Source: Candidatus Bathyarchaeota archaeon RBG_13_38_9 (GTDB taxonomy: Archaea > Thermoproteota > Bathyarchaeia > 40CM-2-53-6 > RBG-13-38-9). Taken from it: a stretch of DNA of 52,866 nucleotides. Each line of letters opens with the position of its first letter. Within the stretch, counting starts at the first letter, position 1. Of this stretch, positions 1-8,928 are shown piece by piece. The notes beneath the pieces are model-generated. The model was not told the DNA's origin, made no database searches, and saw nothing but the letters and a program-made list of their open reading frames with translations. The DNA is taken from positions 18,483 through 71,348 of the forward strand of contig MEZD01000001.1 in NCBI GenBank assembly GCA_001775955.1, written 5' to 3'. The translations under genes were made by a program, and so were the position numbers.

Positions 1-398
1 GAGTCTCTTAGATAATTCAAAGCCCAGCTAATATACCAACCAAAATCACATTGTCCTTCCCCACATGAGAAAATATGTTGCTCTGAAAGATCGAGATTCC
101 AGTTAGGGTTATTAGCATCTATTCTAAGCATCGCTTCGAATGCGCCTATTGTACCGAATGCAACGCAGCTTCCACATCCACCCTGATCTCGTATTGGCGT
201 CATCCAATTAACTCCACCCACATTTCTCCAATCAAGATAATCAGGAAGCGGATCTCTAACAATAACTGGCGCGGAACGCTCTGAGATATCTTCCCTCTGC
301 CAACCTAAACCATACTCACCTTCAATATTTGTAAAAGTGGTATTGTCTGACCCGTAGCCTACACTGCAAGCAATCGAAATTAACAAGACAGAAATCAT
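1..398 (-). CDS. Papain-family (C1A) cysteine peptidase, probably secreted. Only the N-terminal part is present because the 3' end runs off the window.
   Basis: Manual minus-strand translation from ATG 398 gives MISVLLISIACSVGYG (signal-like), then LDWRNVGGVNWMTPIRDQGGCGSCVAFGTIGAFEAM and LSEQHIFSCG. Q-x5-CGSC-x-AF is the catalytic-Cys signature of family C1. It is absent from the ORF track because it is truncated. In-frame TTG/GTG codons up to about 535 could extend the N-terminus. Confidence 0.75.
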   Translation of the reverse strand, partial: MISVLLISIACSVGYGSDNTTFTNIEGEYGLGWQREDISERSAPVIVRDPLPDYLDWRNVGGVNWMTPIRDQGGCGSCVAFGTIGAFEAMLRIDANNPNWNLDLSEQHIFSCGEGQCDFGWYISWALNYLRD

Positions 399-454
399 AG
401 CGTAGGGAATAATGAACCTTTTATATTCAATATTATCAAGATCTAATTGCAAGT

Positions 455-530
455 ATTCCACCCGGGGTACTTGTCCGGATCTGGGTGGTCTCCCCTCGCC
501 GAAGGTATGAGATACCCAGGTCCATGACTT
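455..530. other. GC-rich island with nested, mutually exclusive hairpins. It is a candidate structured RNA or leader element and is not tRNA-like.
   Basis: CCACCC (458-463), CTGGGTGG (481-488) and ACCCAG (514-519) are present. The middle element can pair with either flank. There are further short stems at GGTAT-GAG-ATACC (504-516) and ATCCGG/CCGGGT. The island stands out against very AT-rich flanks and lies just upstream of the peptidase ATG on the minus strand. Confidence 0.2.
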
Positions 531-867
531 AACCACTTAACTAATTCATTGTCCATCTTTTTCACTTAAAACAGTTGTCACACGTGATCCACGATCTTGG
601 GTGATGAAAATTCATTATTTTACCTTAATATCATAAAACAATAATTCTATACGTGCGTCATCTCCACCTGAAATAATAAATTACTTTAATGAGATTATTC
701 TTTTACTTTATCTCATCATTTTTTGATATTGTAATAATTCTTTTAATCCATAATTTCTCTAAAAATTACATATCATGCCTAAATTATTATTTAATTTAAT
801 TCAATTTTTACTAATTTTACATTTTTAATTAAAATAATAATATGGTATTACTGTATCCTTCTTTTAT

Positions 868-945
868 TTTTAAGAATTTGAATTCTTTGATTAGAATTCA
901 TTTGTCTTTTAAGAATATTTTTGAATATAATTCATTTTAAAATTT
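868..945. repeat. Imperfect tandem duplication of about 39 bp in a long AT-rich intergenic region.
   Basis: Unit 1 (868-906) and unit 2 (907-945) both begin TTTTAAGAAT, contain TTGAAT and end AATTCATTT. The octamer AATTCATT occurs four times on the + strand (543, 609, 895, 929). Confidence 0.35.
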
Positions 946-1077
946 ATCAAAAAATTAGATGACATAGATGATCTGTATTTCTGTCACTTGCTTCATTTTC
1001 TAGAAGTTAAAGAATCTATAAATGTGATACCTATGGTACAGATTGTAAATCGAAAATAAAATAGGAAAAAATGGAAC

Positions 1078-1329
1078 GTGATATATTTGCCAAGAACAAT
1101 AAGCAGCATTTCACCATTATCAAGCAATAAGAGAGTACCTATTCGTATTCCTGGAACAATGATGAATGAAGTAGATCGAATTGTACGTGACCATCCCGAA
1201 TTAGATTATAATAGACAACAATTTGTTGAATCAGCAGTAAGAGAAAAGATAGAACGTATTGTTATACTTGCTAGTGCGAGAGCCAACAACTCTTTCATAA
1301 GAGTTGGTGACCACCTCAAACCACTATAA
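1078..1329 (+). CDS. Ribbon-helix-helix (CopG/Arc-like) DNA-binding protein.
   Basis: KRVPIRIPGTMMNEVDRIVRDHPELDYNRQQFVESAVREKIERI fits the RHH beta-strand plus two helices. The start is uncertain (GTG 1078 or TTG 1087), and no ATG precedes the beta-strand. Confidence 0.55.
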   Translation: MIYLPRTISSISPLSSNKRVPIRIPGTMMNEVDRIVRDHPELDYNRQQFVESAVREKIERIVILASARANNSFIRVGDHLKPL

Positions 1330-1446
1330 CATTACATCAATTTCCAGTCTATCAAGTGCTTGCTATAGAGTAAGGAATGGTTGCTATTAGCATCTATTCA
1401 TTAACTGAAAAAGTTATCAATCAAAAATATTCATTAAAAACTTCTC

Positions 1447-1474
1447 AGCTGGCGGGAGTTTGACCCCGTCAGCT
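1447..1474. terminator. 10-bp inverted repeat between convergent genes.
   Basis: AGCTGGCGGG (1447-1456), loop AGTTTGAC, CCCGTCAGCT (1465-1474), with one G-T pair. It sits between the RHH gene and the korB 3' end. Archaeal termination usually relies on oligo-T, so its function is uncertain. Confidence 0.3.
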
Positions 1475-1485
1475 TCTCCCATCAA

Positions 1486-2340
1486 TCAAATTTTAAAGTC
1501 ATCTAAAATCTTGTTAAAATTTTCAGGATTGTGTTTTTGCTCGATTATTGGATTTCTTTCTATTTCTGGATCATGTTCTATGTAAGTCAGTCTATCTTGA
1601 GCGTAGATTTTACCAATGGGAATCCTCTCTCCCCATTCCTGAGCTTTCTGGAATGCAGCATTTCTATCTTTCGGATCATAAGAATTGTCAAGCTTGTAGA
1701 CTCGTTTTCTATACCATTGATATGTATTTACATTATTGAATGTCACACATGGTTGAAGGATATCTACTAGACTGAATCCTCTATTCTCGATTGCTTCGGT
1801 AATTAGAGTAGAGAGATGTTCTATGTCCCCAGAGAATCCGCGTCCCACAAATGAAATACCCTGTGATATTGCGAGCGCAATAGGATTAAGAGGTTTAGAA
1901 AATGCTCCCATCGGGGTAGTCTTTGTGACAAATCCTTCTGCACTAGTAGCTGAAGCTTGACCTTTAGTCAATCCATAGATTTGATTGTCATGCACGAGAT
2001 AAGTAATATCGATATTTCTCCTTATCGCATGTATAAAGTGATTTCCACCTTCACTATAACCATCTCCATCTCCACCAACAGCGATTACCGTTAGTTTCGG
2101 ATTGACTATTTTCGCACCAGTGGCAACAGGCAATGTTCTCCCATGTAAACCATTGAAAAGATTACATTTCAGGTAGTGTGGTAGTTTCGCTGCTTGACCA
2201 ATACCCGAAACCATGAGAACCTGATGCGGCTCCAGATTGACTTTCACCAAAGCCTTCTTAACAGCTTGAAGTATACCAAAGTTTCCACATCCTGGACACC
2301 AGGCCGTATCACCATTCTCATAATCTTTTAACGACACCAC
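1486..2340 (-). CDS. korB: 2-oxoacid:ferredoxin oxidoreductase, beta (TPP-binding) subunit.
   Basis: N-terminal WCPGCGNFGIL, TPP motif GGDGDGYSEGGNHF, and a 6-nt gap to the alpha subunit gene. Confidence 0.9.
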   Translation of the reverse strand: MVSLKDYENGDTAWCPGCGNFGILQAVKKALVKVNLEPHQVLMVSGIGQAAKLPHYLKCNLFNGLHGRTLPVATGAKIVNPKLTVIAVGGDGDGYSEGGNHFIHAIRRNIDITYLVHDNQIYGLTKGQASATSAEGFVTKTTPMGAFSKPLNPIALAISQGISFVGRGFSGDIEHLSTLITEAIENRGFSLVDILQPCVTFNNVNTYQWYRKRVYKLDNSYDPKDRNAAFQKAQEWGERIPIGKIYAQDRLTYIEHDPEIERNPIIEQKHNPENFNKILDDFKI

Positions 2341-2346
2341 AGTTAT

Positions 2347-4071
2347 TCATCTACCTTTCCAGAATTCTCTAAGTATATACTGAGGTGTGAGTGGCCTTCC
2401 ATCAAATCTCAAAATCTTCTTGTTAACCTCGATTCCCGTTTCAGCCCGTATTAGATGCGCCATTTGTCCCGTCGAATTACTCTCGACAGATATCGAATTG
2501 TCTAAAATTTTTAACTCATTACTCACTGCTTCAACTGGGAATGGCCATATTTCGTTAAGATGCAGCATCTTCACATTAGATCCTTGATCATTCAAGATCT
2601 TTGTAGCCTCCTTTAAGGCTCCATAAGTTGAGCCCCAACCAATCAAAAGAGTATCTGCATCCTTCGAACCATAAACAAATGGAGTTCCAATATCTTTCTT
2701 TAAAAGTTCTAATTTTCTAAAACGTTTATTGACATTATTTATCTTCACATCTGCAAGTTCTGTTATGTGACCGTCTTCAGTATGTTCATCACTGTCTGTC
2801 ACAACTAAACCTAATTTCTGACCTGGAAAGAGTCGAGGAGAAATTCCTGATTCTGTAATCAGGTGTCTTTTGTATGCTCCAAACTTCTTAACTTGAGATT
2901 CAGTGAAGAACTCGCCTCTATCGACCTTTATAGATGAAGTATCGAATTTTTCTGTCGTAAAGTACGAGTCGGCTAGATATTGATCTGATAGTATGATCAC
3001 TGGTATCTGATATTTCTCTGCCAAATTGAAAGCCTTCGAAGTCAGATAGAAAGCTTGTTCAACGTTTCCAGGTGCAAAAACGGCTCTTGGAAATTCTCCA
3101 TGACCAGCATAGATCGCAAACTCAAGTTCACCCTGCTCAGTTCGAGTAGGAAAGCCTGTAGCAGGACCTGGCCTTTCACAAATAACAATAACAATAGGTG
3201 TCTCAGTCATCCCGGCAAGGCTTAATCCTTCAACCATTAAAGAAAATCCACCACCCGACGTGGCGGTCATAGACCTGGCCCCAGCAAATGAAGCCCCAAT
3301 GATCATATTGATAGCAGATATCTCATCTTCAGCCTGCTCAAAAACCACACAATAATCTTTCATCTTTGATGCAAAGAATTGTTGGATAGAAGTTGATGGA
3401 CTCATTGGATAAGCTGAAACAAATTTGCAGCCTGATAACAATGCAGCTGAGGCTATAGCTTCATTTCCGTTAAGAAATATGAAATCTTGACTATCACCAA
3501 TTTTTTTAATTCTATATGGGAATTTATCAATTCCATTTTCTGAAACATAGTTGAAACCTGCTCTTGAGGCTTGGATATTTTTATCGGAAATTTCAGCTCC
3601 TTTTGAGTCAAATTCGTCCTTTAAAACACTCTCCAAAAGATCGAAATCGTAGCCCACTAAACTGATTGCAGCTCCTATAGCAACTGAATTAGCCATCTTC
3701 GTTGAGTCCGCTTTCTCTTTGGCAATTCTCTCAAATGGGACATTCAATAAATTCTCGTCAAAATCTGTTACACTGATTTTATCTCCATCAAATATTATTA
3801 CTCCATTTTTGACCAATTCATCTTTATGTTCGATAATCGTTTTTTTATCCAGAGCAATTATGACATGAATTTCCTCTGTCAAGTTCTCAACTTTATTATT
3901 GCTAATTCTAATTTGATAAAAATTATGACCACCTCTGATTCTGGATTCATTATCTTGATTTGTAAAGACGCAGAGACCACCTCTAGCCATGCTTTTGGCA
4001 AGAATGTATCCAATAGTTTGAAGCCCTTGACCAGCCTCTCCACCTATCTTGAAAGAAATGTCAATTGACAT
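2347..4071 (-). CDS. korA: 2-oxoacid:ferredoxin oxidoreductase, fused gamma-alpha subunit (two-subunit OFOR type).
   Basis: The N-terminus IGGEAGQGLQTIGYILAK is a gamma-domain motif. It is followed by the alpha domain (GNEAIASAALLSGCKFVSAYPMSPST). The 574-aa length fits a fusion. Confidence 0.9.
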   Translation of the reverse strand: MSIDISFKIGGEAGQGLQTIGYILAKSMARGGLCVFTNQDNESRIRGGHNFYQIRISNNKVENLTEEIHVIIALDKKTIIEHKDELVKNGVIIFDGDKISVTDFDENLLNVPFERIAKEKADSTKMANSVAIGAAISLVGYDFDLLESVLKDEFDSKGAEISDKNIQASRAGFNYVSENGIDKFPYRIKKIGDSQDFIFLNGNEAIASAALLSGCKFVSAYPMSPSTSIQQFFASKMKDYCVVFEQAEDEISAINMIIGASFAGARSMTATSGGGFSLMVEGLSLAGMTETPIVIVICERPGPATGFPTRTEQGELEFAIYAGHGEFPRAVFAPGNVEQAFYLTSKAFNLAEKYQIPVIILSDQYLADSYFTTEKFDTSSIKVDRGEFFTESQVKKFGAYKRHLITESGISPRLFPGQKLGLVVTDSDEHTEDGHITELADVKINNVNKRFRKLELLKKDIGTPFVYGSKDADTLLIGWGSTYGALKEATKILNDQGSNVKMLHLNEIWPFPVEAVSNELKILDNSISVESNSTGQMAHLIRAETGIEVNKKILRFDGRPLTPQYILREFWKGR

Positions 4072-4130
4072 ATTAATTCTAAACGAGTTACGCTACTTAA
4101 AATCTTTAGGCGCCTACGAATAACATTACA

Positions 4131-5387
4131 CTATTTTAACCGAACAGTAAAAGTTCTGATAACATAAATCCATCCTCCAACTTGCCAAGCAACAACTAAG
4201 ATAAATTTCAACATCAATCGCGGAATCCTATATGATATATCGAATTCTTTTATGAATTCAATAGGTTTAGAAGAGATCAAGAAAAACATCTGAAAAGGAC
4301 TCGTGTTCACAAAAGAGAAAAATAGTGGCGTTATCCAAATAAAATGTGCCATAGACCAATTGTTGTTTGATACTGTCGTTAGTAAGACTAATGGAATAAG
4401 TAATACAATATTCTGTTCAGATACCCAACTTCTAGTCAGCATTAATACAAAAAATAAAGAAGAAGCCCATCTCACCAGATCCAAATGATTATCAAGTTTA
4501 GTCTTATGTAACTGAAATAGAGTCAATATTAATGCGGGAATCCATAAGTAACCTAGAAACTCTAAATTTTTAAAAAGAAATGTTTGATCATATATTAAAT
4601 CAAAAATATTGAAAAGAGTAAACCCACCTGCTCTGATAAAATGGAAATCTGCATTATTGAAAAGTATTGATGTATCCCATTTGAACATTAAAAATGGAGA
4701 ATAGGCAAGTAAAATAAAAACTGAAAAGAACATTGTAATGAATTTGAAATTTGATTTCAGATCATAATTTCTTTTGATAAAGATAATAAACATTGGAAGG
4801 AGGATCAATGGAAGAATTTTTAAAGCTGAAGAAAGTCCTATCAGAAACGCAGAAGTAAATAGTTTATGATTATATAACTCGTTAAGTGCTAAAATGGTAG
4901 TCAAGATAACAAGAGATTCAAATTGACCCCAAATCGCTGAAACATAAATTATGAAAGGATTGAAAAGAAGAAAATAAAATATCTTATTGCATGTTTCTCT
5001 CTTCATATTTTGAGCAAAAGCTATTCTCTCAACAATGAAAGCCAATCCAATATTACTAAGTATAATTGGAAGTTTGATTGCCAGATTATAGACAAATATG
5101 TTCTTTGTCGTTTGATAGACTAGCGAATATACTAAACCAAGATATAGTGCCCAAGGTGGAGGGTAACCTATTCCCGGCAGTTCCTCAAAGAAAGCTGGAT
5201 TGTTAAAAATTATACTTGCAGGAAAGAGACCATAAGGTGAATTCCCATTCGATACAGCATAACCTACAGTAAAGAAGATACCCATATCATAATGATGACC
5301 TAGAAATCCAGCGAGAGTAAATTGGAGAATTATACTTAGAGTTACTAGAATGAATCTACGATTTCTAATGATATTGATAGTTCTCAT
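4131..5387 (-). CDS. Polytopic membrane protein, possibly a GT-C-fold glycosyltransferase (DUF2029/PMT-like).
   Basis: At least 10 hydrophobic segments. An acidic motif HHYDMGIFF follows TM1 and GYPPPWALYLG occurs in the next loop/TM, a pattern reminiscent of GT-C enzymes. The family assignment is tentative. Confidence 0.45.
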   Translation of the reverse strand: MRTINIIRNRRFILVTLSIILQFTLAGFLGHHYDMGIFFTVGYAVSNGNSPYGLFPASIIFNNPAFFEELPGIGYPPPWALYLGLVYSLVYQTTKNIFVYNLAIKLPIILSNIGLAFIVERIAFAQNMKRETCNKIFYFLLFNPFIIYVSAIWGQFESLVILTTILALNELYNHKLFTSAFLIGLSSALKILPLILLPMFIIFIKRNYDLKSNFKFITMFFSVFILLAYSPFLMFKWDTSILFNNADFHFIRAGGFTLFNIFDLIYDQTFLFKNLEFLGYLWIPALILTLFQLHKTKLDNHLDLVRWASSLFFVLMLTRSWVSEQNIVLLIPLVLLTTVSNNNWSMAHFIWITPLFFSFVNTSPFQMFFLISSKPIEFIKEFDISYRIPRLMLKFILVVAWQVGGWIYVIRTFTVRLK

Positions 5388-5403
5388 CCAGCCACTGAAT
5401 TTC

Positions 5404-6753
5404 TTATTTCATTATCCTAAAAAGTAGATCAGTAATCTTTTCAAATGGTCTTCCAAATAATTTGTAGCCAATCTGTCCGAAATGTTTTCTAATTCTAAAT
5501 TGTACAGTTCCCTTGAATATTGCAAATTTTAATTTAAATTCTGAAAATTGAGATTTAAATTCAAGAGTCTGTTCAATAAGTTTTATTCTACTTTTTCTTG
5601 GTTCGATCAGATCGTCTTTTACTTTTTCGTATAAACCCGTTCCAGGTATAGGATAGGGAAGTGTGAATGATAGATAATCAAGAGGTAAAGTGGTTCCAAA
5701 ATGTATGGTATTAAGAATCATCTCTTCATTCTCTCCAGGATAACCTATTATAAGAAACGCTCCAGTCTCAATTCCTGCTTTGTTAGCGTTATAAACTGCG
5801 CTTCTAGCTGTTTGTAGATCAATATCTTTTTTCATTAAATGTAAGGTTCTTTGATCTCCAGATTCTATACCAAAATATACTCTCTGACAACCCGCTTCCT
5901 TCATTCTAGTAGCCATCTCTGGGTCCATAGCATCAACCCTAGAAAGACATTGCCACTTCACATTCAATTTACGTCTAATTATTTCGTCACATATTTTTAC
6001 TACTCTCTCTTTTGAAATTGTAAAGCAATCATCAGCAAACCATATTAGATCATATCCCATATCGATTATTGACTGCATTTCGTCTACTATGTTTTCATGA
6101 GATCTTGATCTGAAACCTTCTTTGAAGATCGGTCTGCTACAAAAATCACAGCGGAATGGGCACCCTCTTGAAGAGATCATGGAGGTCATGGTATAACCGA
6201 ATTTATTTTGGTAATATTGTTTATAGGAATCATTGTCGAATAGTTCTCTTGCAGGAAAAGGTATAGAGTCGAGATTTTCGATAGTGTTTCTTCTACCTGT
6301 ATGATATGTGTTTGAACCTTCTTTGAAGATTATCCCTGGAACCGTTTTTGGGTCTTTATTTTCGAAGAAAGTTTTTGCGATCTCAAGCATTGTATTCTCA
6401 GCTTCTCCGACAACCACAAGATCGAAATCGTCAAGAAAGCTTGAGGGTTTAGCTGTGGGTAGCGGTCCACCTGTAATCAGAAGATCAGTTACTTTTCGTA
6501 TACTCCTTGCAAGTTCAATACTATCTTGTTCCATGGAATACATAGAATAAATTCCAACAATTCTGGGTCTTAATTCCATAATCTCCTTAAGAACACTTTT
6601 TCGATCACGAAACGTGCAATCAATTAGTTTGACTGTCAAATTCGCCTTTCGCAGAAATGAAGCTATATAGCCCATTCCTAACGGTTGAAATCTAAACGGA
6701 GATCGATCAAGTCGTGATTTAAAGAACGGATATACAAGAACAATTTCAACCAA
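5404..6753 (-). CDS. Cobalamin-binding (class B) radical SAM enzyme.
   Basis: N-terminal B12-binding-like domain (PLGMGYIASFLRKANLTVKLIDC ... IVGIYSM) followed by the radical-SAM CxxxCxxC motif (SSRGCPFRCDFCS). Confidence 0.85.
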   Translation of the reverse strand: MVEIVLVYPFFKSRLDRSPFRFQPLGMGYIASFLRKANLTVKLIDCTFRDRKSVLKEIMELRPRIVGIYSMYSMEQDSIELARSIRKVTDLLITGGPLPTAKPSSFLDDFDLVVVGEAENTMLEIAKTFFENKDPKTVPGIIFKEGSNTYHTGRRNTIENLDSIPFPARELFDNDSYKQYYQNKFGYTMTSMISSRGCPFRCDFCSRPIFKEGFRSRSHENIVDEMQSIIDMGYDLIWFADDCFTISKERVVKICDEIIRRKLNVKWQCLSRVDAMDPEMATRMKEAGCQRVYFGIESGDQRTLHLMKKDIDLQTARSAVYNANKAGIETGAFLIIGYPGENEEMILNTIHFGTTLPLDYLSFTLPYPIPGTGLYEKVKDDLIEPRKSRIKLIEQTLEFKSQFSEFKLKFAIFKGTVQFRIRKHFGQIGYKLFGRPFEKITDLLFRIMK

Positions 6754-6763
6754 CCTGATCTCC

Positions 6764-7570
6764 TTATTTTATCTGTATAATATACTGATGATTTTCTATT
6801 TTTGATGAGGTCATATAACAGAATCCGGCCCAGTTTAAACGTGGTTGAAGGAGTTCACGTCCTCTATATAATTTTGTCTCGTCAAGTTTTTTTAGACAAA
6901 ACGTAATTTTTGCGGATTCATTTGTTAAACATACTTTTTGACAGTTTGTCTCTTCCCATACACCTATGTCGTCTTTCCTTAATTGAGTAAAATCATCTCT
7001 ATAAAGATCAAAATCTGCTGATTGCTCATTGAAAATTAGTAATCTATTGAAATTCTTGTCAAGAATGTGCAAAGTATTGACTGTAATAACCAAATTATCT
7101 CTTGATACCGCATAGGTGATATCTACAAATCCTTTTGAACGAGTTTTCTGAGTTGATATTCTAAGCCCCAGAATTGTTATGAACTTCATGAGATATTTTA
7201 TGAGTTTCCGATATTTTTCGTCTCGCTTGTACGTTTGACTTAATTTATTTGAAATAGTTGAATAAAACCTATCATTAATATTGAATTTATGCATCCAAGT
7301 CTTTCTATGGGAGGCATCCATAGAAAAAGACTTAACTAATGTTCCATTTTCATTCTTGATTTTCGCTGAAGTAGAGAAAATTATATTTCCTGGATATTCT
7401 AATGCAGGTACTCCAAAGCCTACTCCCTCACCACATAAAGAATCATTCTCAATAATCATCTTCAATCCTTTTTCTAGGGTTGAGGAATCACCTTGACTGC
7501 TGTCAGGTCCTTCGTCAAGAACAAATTTGATACGATTATTTAGTTTAAGAAAATATTTTTCCTGTGCCAA
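6764..7570 (-). CDS. Hypothetical soluble protein with no recognised family.
   Basis: 268-aa ORF lying 10 nt upstream of the radical SAM gene on the same strand. No motif recognised. Confidence 0.55.
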   Translation of the reverse strand: MAQEKYFLKLNNRIKFVLDEGPDSSQGDSSTLEKGLKMIIENDSLCGEGVGFGVPALEYPGNIIFSTSAKIKNENGTLVKSFSMDASHRKTWMHKFNINDRFYSTISNKLSQTYKRDEKYRKLIKYLMKFITILGLRISTQKTRSKGFVDITYAVSRDNLVITVNTLHILDKNFNRLLIFNEQSADFDLYRDDFTQLRKDDIGVWEETNCQKVCLTNESAKITFCLKKLDETKLYRGRELLQPRLNWAGFCYMTSSKIENHQYIIQIK

Positions 7571-7690
7571 TTATGTTCCCAATATTCAATAGTTACTAAT
7601 AACCGCATTATTATCAAATTTCATTTTCTTTATGATTTTTAATAGCGTACGCTATTCCCTTGAATATGATATATACTATATTTTAGAAAT

Positions 7691-8353
7691 TTATTCCCCA
7701 AGTAGGATTATCGAGATCATAGGAAATATTATCATCAATATTGTCCAGACGAATACTATCCTTGGCACACTGAAGTTTCCGATTTTTTTAACATATCTTT
7801 CCATGGTTGCAAGAGGAACTAGTATTAGTAATGTTATGTTGAATATGCTTGTGGACATTTCATGTTCCACTAGCAGAAATGGAGATGTATCTGTAAGTCC
7901 CCATCTTACTAGGAAGAAGATCAATGGCATGTGCGCTAATCCAAGATATGCAAAATTCAAGAAATGGATCTTCTCCCAAGCTTTCAATCTAGGATTTGGT
8001 TGCAGAATTTTGAATTTTCCTGTCCTCTCCAGAAGATAGAATATGATTAAGATTGCCAGAAGTGCGATAGATATGTACAGTACATCAGCATACCACCATA
8101 TAGCTAGAAATAAAGGAACTGTAAGAAATGAAGAGATTACAGCAAAAAATTGGCATACTAGACATCTGGAATAGTATGCAATTCCAACAGTTATGAAGAG
8201 AATAGGCATAACAAAATTATGACCCCACCGGATATCAGCTTCATAAAGTGGCATTGCTGGCCCTAGCCAAAAAAGGATCCATAATATTCCTAATATGAGA
8301 AGACCAGTTCCCACATTCATGTATTTTGACATCTTCTCATTCAAAGACTTCAC
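7691..8353 (-). CDS. Polytopic membrane protein, paralogous to the C-terminal domain of the 13675-14841 product.
   Basis: Collinear motif matches: MNVGTGLLILGILWILFW vs MDIGSGLILTGLFWLYFW; DIRWGHNFVMPILFITVGIAYY vs DARWAHNFAYPLILLTIGVAYK; LLERTGKFKIL vs VTERGKKQELL; LGLAHMPLIFFLVRW vs LFLLHMPFLYWVTRV; PLATMERYVKK vs ALIGMAERFRGT. Confidence 0.7.
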   Translation of the reverse strand: MKSLNEKMSKYMNVGTGLLILGILWILFWLGPAMPLYEADIRWGHNFVMPILFITVGIAYYSRCLVCQFFAVISSFLTVPLFLAIWWYADVLYISIALLAILIIFYLLERTGKFKILQPNPRLKAWEKIHFLNFAYLGLAHMPLIFFLVRWGLTDTSPFLLVEHEMSTSIFNITLLILVPLATMERYVKKIGNFSVPRIVFVWTILMIIFPMISIILLGE

Positions 8354-8404
8354 CAGATTTTCTTCTTTTAGTACAGACTATATTAATCTAAGGAGATGAA
8401 GCTT

Positions 8405-8761
8405 TCATTCTTTATATTCATTTTTCGACATTAGCCAGAGCACATTTCCAGATAGATCTTTGAATTTCGCAATTGTGCCACCAGCTTTCTTCGAAGGTTC
8501 TTGAGTGAACTCGACACCCTTATCCTTCAATTCTTTGCAAGTATCTTCAAGATTATCAGCTAAAAGGAGAATTCCAGTATTACCAGGTTCCAATTCATCC
8601 ATCTTACAGAGATGAATCTCAGACGTCCATCCTTCAGGTGCAACTGTGACCCAATGACCATCTCTTTCCCGAACCTCAAAACCAAGCTTTTCTTGATACC
8701 ACGATATCGCTTCTTCTAGATCGGAAACAATTACCGGAATACTTCTTATTTCATTTATCAC
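8405..8761 (-). CDS. VOC-family (glyoxalase/bleomycin-resistance/dioxygenase fold) protein.
   Basis: 118 aa. PVIVSDLEEAISWYQEKLGFEV plus a C-terminal FKDLSGNVLWL pattern is typical of single-module VOC proteins. Confidence 0.7.
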   Translation of the reverse strand: MINEIRSIPVIVSDLEEAISWYQEKLGFEVRERDGHWVTVAPEGWTSEIHLCKMDELEPGNTGILLLADNLEDTCKELKDKGVEFTQEPSKKAGGTIAKFKDLSGNVLWLMSKNEYKE

Positions 8762-8928
8762 GTTTCAATCCCCTCTAACATCTATTGATCTTTATCAGAT
8801 AGAAATTATAATGATAATAGCACATTTCCTGATTTCAATATTACTCGATACAATTGATCTCTTGATGTAGAATCAAGAGCTACATTTAAGTATAGAAAAA
8901 TCTTCCATGAATCTTAAGGTGAAATAAT

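Noticed and set aside
455-540. A tRNA gene, possibly intron-containing, in the GC-rich island.
   Set aside because: I could not build a 7-bp acceptor stem. No GTTCRANTC T-loop or AGTGGT-type D-loop occurs in a proper position on either strand. It is kept only as a generic structured-RNA candidate.
560-1077. The AT-rich spacer as a replication origin.
   Set aside because: There is no adjacent orc1/cdc6 gene and no clear ORB-type long inverted repeats. Only short AT-rich motifs are present, so a regulatory spacer is the more conservative reading.
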